DNA from: Abditibacterium sp.
GTDB lineage: Bacteria > Armatimonadota > Abditibacteriia > Abditibacteriales > Abditibacteriaceae
Length of the DNA: 64,000 bases
NCBI GenBank assembly: GCA_965246885.1
Contig: OZ251992.1
Coordinates: forward strand, 1,536,001 to 1,600,000
Direction of reading: 5' to 3'
The stretch's first letter is position 1. Every line of letters begins with the position of its first letter. The notes beneath the pieces are model-generated. The model made no database searches and was not told the DNA's origin. It saw only the letters and a program-made list of their open reading frames with translations. The translations under genes were made by a program, and so were the position numbers. Below, piece by piece: positions 28,568 through 36,880 of the stretch.

Positions 28568-29491
28568 TCACCCCATCGGCTTCGGGGCGCGCTTCTTGGT
28601 TTTGGGCGTGGGCGTGGCGAAGTGACGGGTGGGCGAGAGCGCGAACTCGCGGCGTGTGCCGTGATTGGCGGGCGAGGGCGGCCACACGCCGTTGGCGGCG
28701 CTTTGGATTTCGCGGCGGCGCTTCACGAGGTCAGCGATCAAGGCGTTGCGCCCGGCGCGCTGGGTCGTGGCGCCCGATTGTGACTGGCCTTGGGCGCCGA
28801 TGACCGTGTGCCAGTTGTTGTAGTTCACCGTCATTTGCGTGATGACTTCGGGCGTGATGCCGGGCAAGGTGTCCACTTGTAGCTGCTTCAAGATGCCTTC
28901 GTAGCGTTGCACGATGGAGGTACGCGTGGGCAGGGGCACGCCGACGCCGTAGTCGCGCAGATGGGCGGGCTTCGAGACGGCGAACACGATGCGCGCCGCG
29001 CTTTGAACCGTGCGGAACGACCCCAACAACGCGGCCCGCGTCGTGCGTTCTTCGCGGGTGGCATGAACGCGCGCGTTGGTCGAAGTCTGCGCGCCGGTGC
29101 TAAGCGAACGCGCCGCGCTCACGTCGTTCAACAAGATGCTCACCTTGTCGGGCGTGATGCCCCACGCTTCCAATGCCGGGGCATATTCGGGCTTCACCGC
29201 GCTCATGCACACGAGAGTCGAGACCGCCAACTCCTGCTGCAACTTCTTGTTGAACGGGTTGCGCGCGGGTTTGGGCGGAGCGGGCGGAATCGGCGGAACG
29301 GGCGGGATGGGGTCAACGGCCCGCGCATACGCCCCATTCATCGCGCTCAAGTCAAGCAACGCCCCATCGCCCATCGAAAGAACGCCCGCCTCGCCGCCGT
29401 TTGTAGGCCGTTCGAGCATTGCCGTTCCATTCCCATTTGCGTGGCCATTTAAGTGGCCGTCAGCGCCCAAGGCGCCATCGAAGTTATTCAT
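28568..29491 (-). CDS. Hypothetical helical protein with an internal duplicated GITP motif
   Basis: Long ORF with host-like codon use; WGITPDKV / PGITPEVI; start uncertain. Confidence 0.7.
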   Translation of the reverse strand: MNNFDGALGADGHLNGHANGNGTAMLERPTNGGEAGVLSMGDGALLDLSAMNGAYARAVDPIPPVPPIPPAPPKPARNPFNKKLQQELAVSTLVCMSAVKPEYAPALEAWGITPDKVSILLNDVSAARSLSTGAQTSTNARVHATREERTTRAALLGSFRTVQSAARIVFAVSKPAHLRDYGVGVPLPTRTSIVQRYEGILKQLQVDTLPGITPEVITQMTVNYNNWHTVIGAQGQSQSGATTQRAGRNALIADLVKRRREIQSAANGVWPPSPANHGTRREFALSPTRHFATPTPKTKKRAPKPMG

Positions 29492-29617
29492 AGGATGCAT
29501 CTCGTTACAAGAAAAGACGAGACACATCTCTGAAGCATGGATTTCGCCAAGAGAGGAAGCAAACTCATTACGAAAAAGGCGCCCCCAACAGAGAGCGTCT
29601 TTGGGTTGATGAGCCGT

Positions 29618-30592
29618 TTAGTTCGGCGACGCGGCGACTTTGGCTTTGTATCTTTTGAAGGCCGCATCTAACTCTGCGTCGGTGAATCGGCGCGGCGAAG
29701 TAAGAGAAGGCAAAGCGCGTGGATAAAATTTTTCGTGCAAGGATGTCATCGCCTTATCGCATACTCTGATGTAAATTGTAGGCCCATCAGCAAGTCCTGT
29801 CCTCACTACGTTGGTTTTATTTCTTAATAGAACTATAGCTAATAACAACACCTCCTTATTTCTGACAAACTTCAAATTATTTAGAAGAGAAATAGAAGAT
29901 TTTACTGGATCGTTCTTGATGCTTTGTCTAACTTGCTCTACATACTCGTCTCTGCCCATCTCAGAGAGGCATATGTCTATGCACATAATCTCATCTGTGT
30001 TGTTTGATTTTTCTTGTATTAAACCTGACCTTCTTGATACAAGTATGTTTTGAGTTTTGCTGTCGAGTCGAAAACACGATAGTAATAGAGTAGAAGAAGT
30101 AGAATCTCTATTTAGAACAAAATATCTCAAAAGTGCGCTTCTAAGGCGTTTAGAAGAAAAGGAGATTATTTCAGAGTAAGTATATGTAGAGTATATGGAG
30201 TCAACTGCGTCTTGTCTGATAGACAGGTCACCCATCATGTAAATGAGTAAATCTAAAGACTTTTTAGTTTTGATGCGAGAACACGTCCAAATGACTGCAT
30301 ATCTTATGTTTTCATCTTTATCCGATTTGTATGTCTCTATCGTGCTGACAAGGAGGTCGGGATGATCTTTGTAAATGTCGACTAACGTATCAATATAAGA
30401 CAAGTCGCTCTTCTCTGCATGACTCATAGACTCCGCGACACGGCCTCTCAAAGTATTTGAATTAAAGCGAACTTTAATCATTTGTGTTCGTGACGTGGTG
30501 ACTACTGACGGAGATGCACACAAATTATTTTGTATGCTGAATAAGTAAGCTACCGTTAAGGCAACTAGTAGAAACTTGTGAAAAAAGTCCAT
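29618..30592 (-). CDS. AT-rich exported HEAT/ARM-like protein (immunity-like position)
   Basis: Hydrophobic N-terminus; DKDENIRYAVIW, SIRQDAVDSI; markedly AT-rich; 51 bp downstream of the peptidase gene. Confidence 0.65.
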   Translation of the reverse strand: MDFFHKFLLVALTVAYLFSIQNNLCASPSVVTTSRTQMIKVRFNSNTLRGRVAESMSHAEKSDLSYIDTLVDIYKDHPDLLVSTIETYKSDKDENIRYAVIWTCSRIKTKKSLDLLIYMMGDLSIRQDAVDSIYSTYTYSEIISFSSKRLRSALLRYFVLNRDSTSSTLLLSCFRLDSKTQNILVSRRSGLIQEKSNNTDEIMCIDICLSEMGRDEYVEQVRQSIKNDPVKSSISLLNNLKFVRNKEVLLLAIVLLRNKTNVVRTGLADGPTIYIRVCDKAMTSLHEKFYPRALPSLTSPRRFTDAELDAAFKRYKAKVAASPN

Positions 30593-30643
30593 AATGATTA
30601 TAAGATTATTGATTCAATTAAATCGCGATTGTAAGAGGCACGG

Positions 30644-32599
30644 TCATTTTTTTGTCCTCCACGTTGAGTTGGCATATTTATTAGCCTTGTTGCGCTGGTC
30701 TTCATTCAAAGCAAGACCACCGAGAGCTTCCCAGTACATCAAATTGGGACGTAAATAGATAAAGCTTGGATCCTCTGTTGTTGTTCCTGGAATGGCCTCT
30801 GCTATATGAAGTAAATTCAAATTGTGCCCAGCCTCATGGCAGAGGATATTTTTACCCAAAGACCCATACGCCTTCGGGACATTTTGCATGAAAAGCCAAG
30901 GGCCTCCCAAGTGGCCCACACCTCCTATAAAACCTGATTTAGTAGGTGTGGTAGTAGACGATATCTGTACACAGAAATATACGGTCAGGTTTGACAGCTT
31001 CCTGTTATCTTTTTGTAAATCGAACTGGACGCCAGTGTCGATGCTATCCATGCTCCCCTGATCGATTACATTTGCTCCTCTGTCCAATGTGTGAACGTAT
31101 TCATTCAGATAAACGAAATGAATCTGCGCCAGAGGCCACCAGACACTATTTAGTGCTGAGACAGCGTGAAGAGACGGATAATATGGAGTCGGTGAGTTTC
31201 CCAACTTATCCTTGATCTGGCAAAAGTTCAACGAAACACGAATTGGTCTTCTTGCGTTCTGTTTCGGTGACGTTATCTTTCTACTTCCCACTCTTGGCTT
31301 GACACTCTGGATCAAGTGAAAACTACCAAAATTTGAGACTAAACAAAATCTCGCTTTTGCTTTAAGAGATGTTAAAACCGGTTGTTCGTTCACTATGACA
31401 GAGGTGTCTTCCGAGCCGAAGGTGATATCGCCCACCAAGGTACCAGCCGTATAGGTGCCGTAAGCAATGCCGTCGTCATCGCTTACTCCCTGTGTTGTAA
31501 CAATACTGCCGTAACCGGGAAAAGTCCCATCTGCGGCGGGTTGGACGGGTTGGCCGTTTTCATCTTTCACTGACTCGATGTAGAAGTTGACGTTATGGCC
31601 GACAACAGAATCCTCGTTGTAACTAAATGTACGATAAAGGTTAGCAGTAGATTGCCCATCGGCGACAAGTTCGTCGGTATCAATGCCCATATCGCCATCT
31701 GCATCTTCCATTGTGACGGCAGGCGATTGGCCCGTATCTTCTCCAACAGTGGCTTTGACAACCGCAGTCGCGCCGATGCGCAGACTGGAAGTCAAGAGCG
31801 TGTGAACCGTTCCCGTGCTGTCCGTAGTTCCCGCCGCCGACGACAGGCTGGCCCGGAGGTCAGCATCGGGGTCGGTGGCGGATAAAGGCGCTGTGCTTCC
31901 CGGAAGAGTGGTGTCCACAGACAAAGCGACAACTTTGTTCGTCGCCGAAGTACCATCAGGATTTTTGACCGTGACATCAACGTGGGTTTGATGCGGAGCC
32001 GAAGCTAAACCGCCCGCGCACAAAGCCGTTTTGCCGAGGGCAAAGGTGAACTTCAACGGGTCAGGTTTGGGAACAATGTCCCCGCCGCCATCGAAGGCCC
32101 ACAGCGAGATTCCGTCCACGTCGTCGTTACTGAGGTGGGCGGTGTTGGTGTATTGCAAGCGCAGGTGGTAGACCTGACCGGCGGTGAACGATGTTTTGCC
32201 ATACGGGGCGAGGGTGACGAAGGTCGAATCGAACTGCTCGAAACCTTGGCCTTGGCCCGCACGGTCAAGAACTTTCACACCATCTATCCACACACTCGTG
32301 CCGTCATCCGATAGCAACGCTAACTTACTGGCGCTCGCGCCGGGTGCCGCCTTGAAGTAGCCATCATACCAGCGCGTTTCCAACACCTTGCTTTTGTAGA
32401 AGGGCGTCGCGTTGATTTGCGCCATCGCCGCACTTTTCACCGACTCATACGGCAAACCGCCCATGTTCAAGAAGATGGAGCCGCTTGGGTCGCCCGTCAA
32501 GGGGAGCGGCGAGGCTTCCGTTTGAGCGAAAGATGTGCGCGCCGTGCCAAACAGGGCAAGCGCGCAGCAAGCAACACGGAAAAATGTGGAGAACTTTAT
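30644..32599 (-). CDS. Secreted PA14 + Ig-like (Big_1) + C-terminal zinc metallopeptidase; probable start is ATA 32599
   Basis: RWYDGYF..LLSDDGTSVWIDG (PA14); GTTDSTG, LVADGQST, SDDDGIA (Big_1-like); CHEAGHNLNLLH...NLMY (metzincin-like). Confidence 0.72.
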   Translation of the reverse strand: MKFSTFFRVACCALALFGTARTSFAQTEASPLPLTGDPSGSIFLNMGGLPYESVKSAAMAQINATPFYKSKVLETRWYDGYFKAAPGASASKLALLSDDGTSVWIDGVKVLDRAGQGQGFEQFDSTFVTLAPYGKTSFTAGQVYHLRLQYTNTAHLSNDDVDGISLWAFDGGGDIVPKPDPLKFTFALGKTALCAGGLASAPHQTHVDVTVKNPDGTSATNKVVALSVDTTLPGSTAPLSATDPDADLRASLSSAAGTTDSTGTVHTLLTSSLRIGATAVVKATVGEDTGQSPAVTMEDADGDMGIDTDELVADGQSTANLYRTFSYNEDSVVGHNVNFYIESVKDENGQPVQPAADGTFPGYGSIVTTQGVSDDDGIAYGTYTAGTLVGDITFGSEDTSVIVNEQPVLTSLKAKARFCLVSNFGSFHLIQSVKPRVGSRKITSPKQNARRPIRVSLNFCQIKDKLGNSPTPYYPSLHAVSALNSVWWPLAQIHFVYLNEYVHTLDRGANVIDQGSMDSIDTGVQFDLQKDNRKLSNLTVYFCVQISSTTTPTKSGFIGGVGHLGGPWLFMQNVPKAYGSLGKNILCHEAGHNLNLLHIAEAIPGTTTEDPSFIYLRPNLMYWEALGGLALNEDQRNKANKYANSTWRTKK

Positions 32600-33387
32600 C
32601 GGGATACGGTGGGTGTCGGGAGCGTTGCCAGACGTTGTTGAAGCGGCGCCCGCAAAAAAGCGAACCCCTTGGCGTTATCGGGTTTCATGCGCCCCAACAA
32701 CACGAGGGCGCGTTGCAAGTCGGCGCGCGGCGCCTTCGGCGGCGCAACCAACAGCGAAGCGAGTGTGCCGCGCGCCCAATCGAGCGTGTTGTCGTCCACT
32801 CGAAGGGCGCCACCCCTGCCGAGCAACCATTCCAACACGCGCTTTTGGGCGGGAGTTTCTCCGGCGTTGCCAAACGCCGACACCGCCCCTTCCAATGTGC
32901 GTTGCCGCGAGGGGTAGGATTGAACGGATGTGTTCGCCAACGCCAGATTGGGCAACAAGAATCCGCTATAGATGCGGGCGAGCAACCATTTCTCGTTTGG
33001 CAAATGGCCCGCGACGAAGTTCGTCGCTTCGTTTGCCAGTAAAAAACCCTGCTTGCGACCTCGCTCGCCTTTGCGGCTAAGAAACTCCTGCGATAGGAAT
33101 AAGGCTTGGCCGACCAAACGGAACTGCGACGGCGCGTCAGTGGGCAGCGTGGTTTGGCTTGTCTCCCACCACTGGATAGGCGAGTCAGAAACGGGCAGGG
33201 CCGTTTCCATCTTTGCGCCCGCCTTAGAAGTTATATATACGAAAACTTGGGCGCGCTGCGAAGCGGGCGAGGGAGAAGCCGCCGCTTTGGGCGGCGCGAC
33301 GGCGCGCGGAGAAGCGTTCGCTCCCGTCATGCCCGCAAGAGCCAGAAGCGAATAAAAGAAAGGCGCGGCGCGCTCACTCTTTCTCAT
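32596..33387 (-). CDS. Secreted hypothetical protein
   Basis: MRKSERAAPFFYSLLALAGMTGANA signal-like; stop codon overlaps the next gene's ATA. Confidence 0.65.
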   Translation of the reverse strand: MRKSERAAPFFYSLLALAGMTGANASPRAVAPPKAAASPSPASQRAQVFVYITSKAGAKMETALPVSDSPIQWWETSQTTLPTDAPSQFRLVGQALFLSQEFLSRKGERGRKQGFLLANEATNFVAGHLPNEKWLLARIYSGFLLPNLALANTSVQSYPSRQRTLEGAVSAFGNAGETPAQKRVLEWLLGRGGALRVDDNTLDWARGTLASLLVAPPKAPRADLQRALVLLGRMKPDNAKGFAFLRAPLQQRLATLPTPTVSR

Positions 33388-33503
33388 CTGCCGGGAATTG
33401 TAGCAAGAACTTAAGAGAAGCGCAAGAGAGTTTTTTGAAGATTGCAAGGAAACTTTCCGGGGCACGGGAAGTGACAGTCAAATCGGTCGCCTCATACAAG
33501 CCG

Positions 33504-33730
33504 AAGTCGGCGTAGATTGGAACGAAGTTGTCGTAAATTAGGAAGTCGACGGCGTAAGTTAGGAAGTTGACGGCGTGAATTGAGAAGAAGTTGTCGTAAA
33601 TCAGCAAGTAGACGGCGTAAGTTAGGAAGTAGACGGCGTAAGTTGCGAAGAAGTTGTCGTAAATCAAGAAGTTGGCGGGATAAATCAGCAAGTTGACGGC
33701 GTAAATCAGGAAGTTGGCGGCGAAAAAAAG
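33504..33730. repeat. Intergenic 21-nt tandem array (11 units, 63-nt higher-order period)
   Basis: CGTAA-like core every 21 nt from 33511 to 33721; AAGTTGTCGTAAAT at 33525, 33588, 33651. Confidence 0.92.
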
Positions 33731-33760
33731 CGAGGTGTGGGCGCCCGCGAGGAAATTGGA

Positions 33761-33766
33761 TAAAAT
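33761..33766 (+). promoter_or_regulatory. Candidate -10 box for metK
   Basis: TAAAAT, 81 nt before the metK ATG; same TANNNT class as other starts in the window. Confidence 0.45.
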
Positions 33767-33847
33767 GGGAAGGCCCCTGCTGGAGATGAAGCGCGAAAAT
33801 GTATGGACGCGCGAGTTGCTGGCGTAGTTCGGGGCGCACAAGACACC

Positions 33848-35032
33848 ATGAGCATCCGCTTCTTCTCATCCGAGTCCGTGACCGAGGGCCATCCCGACAA
33901 AATGGCCGACCAGATTTCTGACGCCGTTCTCGACGCCATCCTTAAAGACGACCCGCACGCGCGCGTCGCTTGCGAGACGTTCCTGACGACCGGCATCGTC
34001 GTCGTCGGCGGCGAAATCTCGACCAAGACGTATGTCGAAATCCCGACCGTCGTGCGCAAAGTCGTGAAGGAAATCGGCTACGTGCGCGCCAAGTTCGGCT
34101 TCGACTACCTGACGGCGGGCGTCCTCAACGCCATCGGCCAGCAAAGCCCCGACATCGCGCAGGGCGTCACCAAGAGCCTCGAAACGCGCGAAGGCAAGGC
34201 CGACAGTTCGCACTACGACGAAGTCGGCGCGGGCGACCAAGGCATGATGTTCGGCTTCGCGTCCAGCGACACCGACGTGTTGATGCCGCTCCCCATCACC
34301 CTCGCGCACGCGCTGTGCAAACAGTTGGCGGAAGTCCGCAAAAACGGCACCTTGAAATGGCTGCGCCCCGACGGGAAGTCGCAAGTCACCGTCAAATACG
34401 AGAACGATATCCCCGTTTCCGTCGAGAAAGTGCTGATCTCCACGCAGCACCACCCCGAAGTCGAGGCCGACGAAATCCGCGCGGGCGTCATCGAACACGT
34501 CATTCAGCCCGTGTTGGGCGACAAATACTTCCGCCCCGAAATCGAGATTTTCGTCAACCCAACGGGCCGCTTCGTCATTGGCGGGCCGCAAGGCGACGCG
34601 GGCTTGACGGGCCGCAAGATCATCGTGGACACCTACGGCGGCATGGGACGGCACGGCGGCGGCGCCTTTTCGGGCAAAGACCCCACCAAAGTGGATCGCT
34701 CCGCTTGCTACATGATGCGCCACATCGCCAAAAACATCGTCGCGTCGGGCCTCGCCACGCGCTGCGAAACCCAAGTCGCCTACGCCATCGGCAAAGCCCG
34801 CCCCCTGTCCGTCTACGTCGACACCTTCGGCACCGGCAAATACGACGACGACCGCATCACCAAGGCCGTCGAACGCACCTTCGACCTGCGCCCCAAGGCG
34901 ATCATAGAACACCTCGACCTCCTGCGCCCCATCTACCGCAAAACGGCGGCGTATGGTCACTTTGGCCGGACAGAGCCAGAGTTCGTGTGGGAACACGTGC
35001 ATAAAGCCGACGCGCTGACGAGCGCGATTTAG
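33848..35032 (+). CDS. metK: S-adenosylmethionine synthetase
   Basis: [49 protein letters not shown]. Confidence 0.98.
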   Translation: MSIRFFSSESVTEGHPDKMADQISDAVLDAILKDDPHARVACETFLTTGIVVVGGEISTKTYVEIPTVVRKVVKEIGYVRAKFGFDYLTAGVLNAIGQQSPDIAQGVTKSLETREGKADSSHYDEVGAGDQGMMFGFASSDTDVLMPLPITLAHALCKQLAEVRKNGTLKWLRPDGKSQVTVKYENDIPVSVEKVLISTQHHPEVEADEIRAGVIEHVIQPVLGDKYFRPEIEIFVNPTGRFVIGGPQGDAGLTGRKIIVDTYGGMGRHGGGAFSGKDPTKVDRSACYMMRHIAKNIVASGLATRCETQVAYAIGKARPLSVYVDTFGTGKYDDDRITKAVERTFDLRPKAIIEHLDLLRPIYRKTAAYGHFGRTEPEFVWEHVHKADALTSAI

Positions 35033-35039
35033 GCAGACG

Positions 35040-35070
35040 AAGGGGAAGAAGGCGCTGCTTTCTTCCCCTT
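35040..35070 (+). terminator. Hairpin after metK
   Basis: AAGGGGAAGAAGGC-GCT-GCTTTCTTCCCCTT; no long U tract. Confidence 0.45.
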
Positions 35071-35083
35071 CAAACTTTCCGTT

Positions 35084-35704
35084 ATGCCCACCAAAAGCAT
35101 CTTCAAAGCCGTTTTGACCGGGGATGAAGAGTCGCTGTTAGCCCTCATCAAAAAGGGCGCCGACCTCAACGTCAGGGATAAGCAGGGACTTCCGCCTTTG
35201 CATTGGGCCGCGTATCGCGGTGTCAACAACACACTGCGGCTCTTAATAGAACACGGCGCCGAGGTCAATACGGCGAATAACATCGGTTACACGCCTCTTA
35301 TGGCTGCTTCGCGCGAGGGGCGCACCGAAACTGTGCGCCTCTTGTTGGAATACGGCGCCGACATCCACGCCCAAAGCAACGATGAAAGCACCGCCCTGAC
35401 TTTCGCCGCGACCTACGCTCATGTGGGCGTCGTGGAGTTGCTTTTGGAACACGGGGCGTCTGTGCAAGGCAAGGGCGCTGACGCCGCTTTGTTGGGCGCG
35501 GCGTGGAACGGTATCAGCCAAAGCGTGGCCGCTTTGATAGCGGCGGGCGTCAACATTCGAGCAACGAATAAAGCCGGAAAAACGGCGTGGGATTTGGCGA
35601 GTGAGGTAGGCCGCGCCGAAGCGGGTCGCGCGGCGGTGAGGGAAGTTTTGAAGAAAGCCAAAGCAGCCCGCCTGAACGCCGATGTATCACCAGATGAGGA
35701 GTGA
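35084..35704 (+). CDS. Ankyrin-repeat protein
   Basis: GLPPLHWAA, GYTPLMAAS, STALTFAA, LLEHGA repeats. Confidence 0.92.
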   Translation: MPTKSIFKAVLTGDEESLLALIKKGADLNVRDKQGLPPLHWAAYRGVNNTLRLLIEHGAEVNTANNIGYTPLMAASREGRTETVRLLLEYGADIHAQSNDESTALTFAATYAHVGVVELLLEHGASVQGKGADAALLGAAWNGISQSVAALIAAGVNIRATNKAGKTAWDLASEVGRAEAGRAAVREVLKKAKAARLNADVSPDEE

Positions 35705-35710
35705 CGAACC

Positions 35711-36307
35711 ATGCCCGCAACCAACGAGATTCGCGCTGATTACGACGCGCGCGGTATTACCATCTATCAGGCATATGGGGCGGCGATTGCGCTGCCCGCG
35801 ATTCGAGAGCAACGCTTTGTGTCGCCGTTCTCGCTCGCGCGCATGACTTGGATAAAACCGTCGTTTCTGTGGTTGATGGAGCGGAGCAACTGGGCGCAAA
35901 AGTCGGGACAGGAGTTCGTTTTGGGCGTGCGAATCTCGCGGAGCGGCTAGGAAGAAGCGTTGTCGGTGGGCGTTCTTACGAGTTACGAGCCGTCCGTTCA
36001 CGCCAACCCACGAGCATGGCGGGATGAGTTCGAGCGGGCCACCGTCCACGTTCAGTGGGATCCCGAACGCTCGATTCGCGGCGCCGATGTGGGTTGCAAC
36101 AGTATCCAAATCGGCATCAGGCGCCACCTCATCGGGCGATATGTGGATGAATGGGTGCTGGAAATCCAAGACCTCACGCCATCCGTGCGAAAAATCCACG
36201 CCCTCATCAAAGCGGGCCACGTTGACAAAGCGCGAAAGCTACTGCCGAGCGAACGCCCCTACCCCGTGAACGCCGAAGTTGCGAGAAGGTTGGGCATGGC
36301 GAAGTGA
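35711..36307 (+). pseudogene. DUF4291-family protein interrupted by an in-frame TAG (35948-35950)
   Basis: [31 protein letters not shown], then SG*EEAL..VQWDPERS..SIQIGI in the same frame. Confidence 0.8.
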
Positions 36308-36337
36308 ACAGTGGCACACTCTGGCGGAGAAAATCTG

Positions 36338-36550
36338 ATGACGCATCTCCAAGAACAACTGGTTCACGAAGTCGAGCGGCTGGACGAGAGCGACTTGCGC
36401 TCTCTCGCGCAGTTCATTTCATTCCTCAAGTTCCGCGCGCAGGGCGCGGATGAAGACGCGCGCTTTTGGCAGGGCGCGAGTGCGTCGGCCCTCGACGCGG
36501 TGTGGGACAACCCGGAGGACGATGTGTATGGCGAGCTACTCAAGGCTTGA
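36338..36550 (+). CDS. Putative antitoxin (DUF2281-like)
   Basis: FISFLK...WDNPEDDVY; overlaps the toxin start. Confidence 0.7.
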   Translation: MTHLQEQLVHEVERLDESDLRSLAQFISFLKFRAQGADEDARFWQGASASALDAVWDNPEDDVYGELLKA

Positions 36551-36875
36551 GGTCGTGCTGGTGCGCTACCCGTTCACGGATTTGACGGGTTCCAAAGTGC
36601 GTCCGGCGATTGTGGTGTCGGACGCGCACACGTCGCAAGACTTAATCGTTGTCGCGCTCACAAGCCGGACTGCGAACCTGCTGGCGGGCGAGTTCGTTCT
36701 CGCTGAATGGGGCCAAGCCGGGCTGAACTTGAAGACCGCCCTCAAGCGGGGCATCTACACGGTCGAAGAATCGCTGGTTCAAAAAGGGGTTTGGCTGTTG
36801 GAGGCCGGGGATGCCCTCCGCCTCGACCAGTCTTTGCGGATGTGGCTCGCTCTTCCTCAAAACGAAACCCCATAG
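36528..36875 (+). CDS. PemK/MazF-family toxin
   Basis: VVLVRYPFTDLTGSKVRPAIVVS...VVALTS...AGL. Confidence 0.85.
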   Translation: MASYSRLEVVLVRYPFTDLTGSKVRPAIVVSDAHTSQDLIVVALTSRTANLLAGEFVLAEWGQAGLNLKTALKRGIYTVEESLVQKGVWLLEAGDALRLDQSLRMWLALPQNETP

Positions 36876-36880
36876 TAGGC

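Noticed and set aside
33504..33730. CRISPR array
   Set aside because: Contiguous 21-nt units with no unique spacers and no cas genes in the window.
33374..33869. ORFs 33374-33841 and 33492-33869 as real genes
   Set aside because: They are open because the repeat period is a multiple of 3; no family resemblance.
35948..35950. Amber reassignment or pyrrolysine
   Set aside because: TAG ends intact genes normally here (e.g. metK, glmS, HtrA) and no pyl genes are seen.
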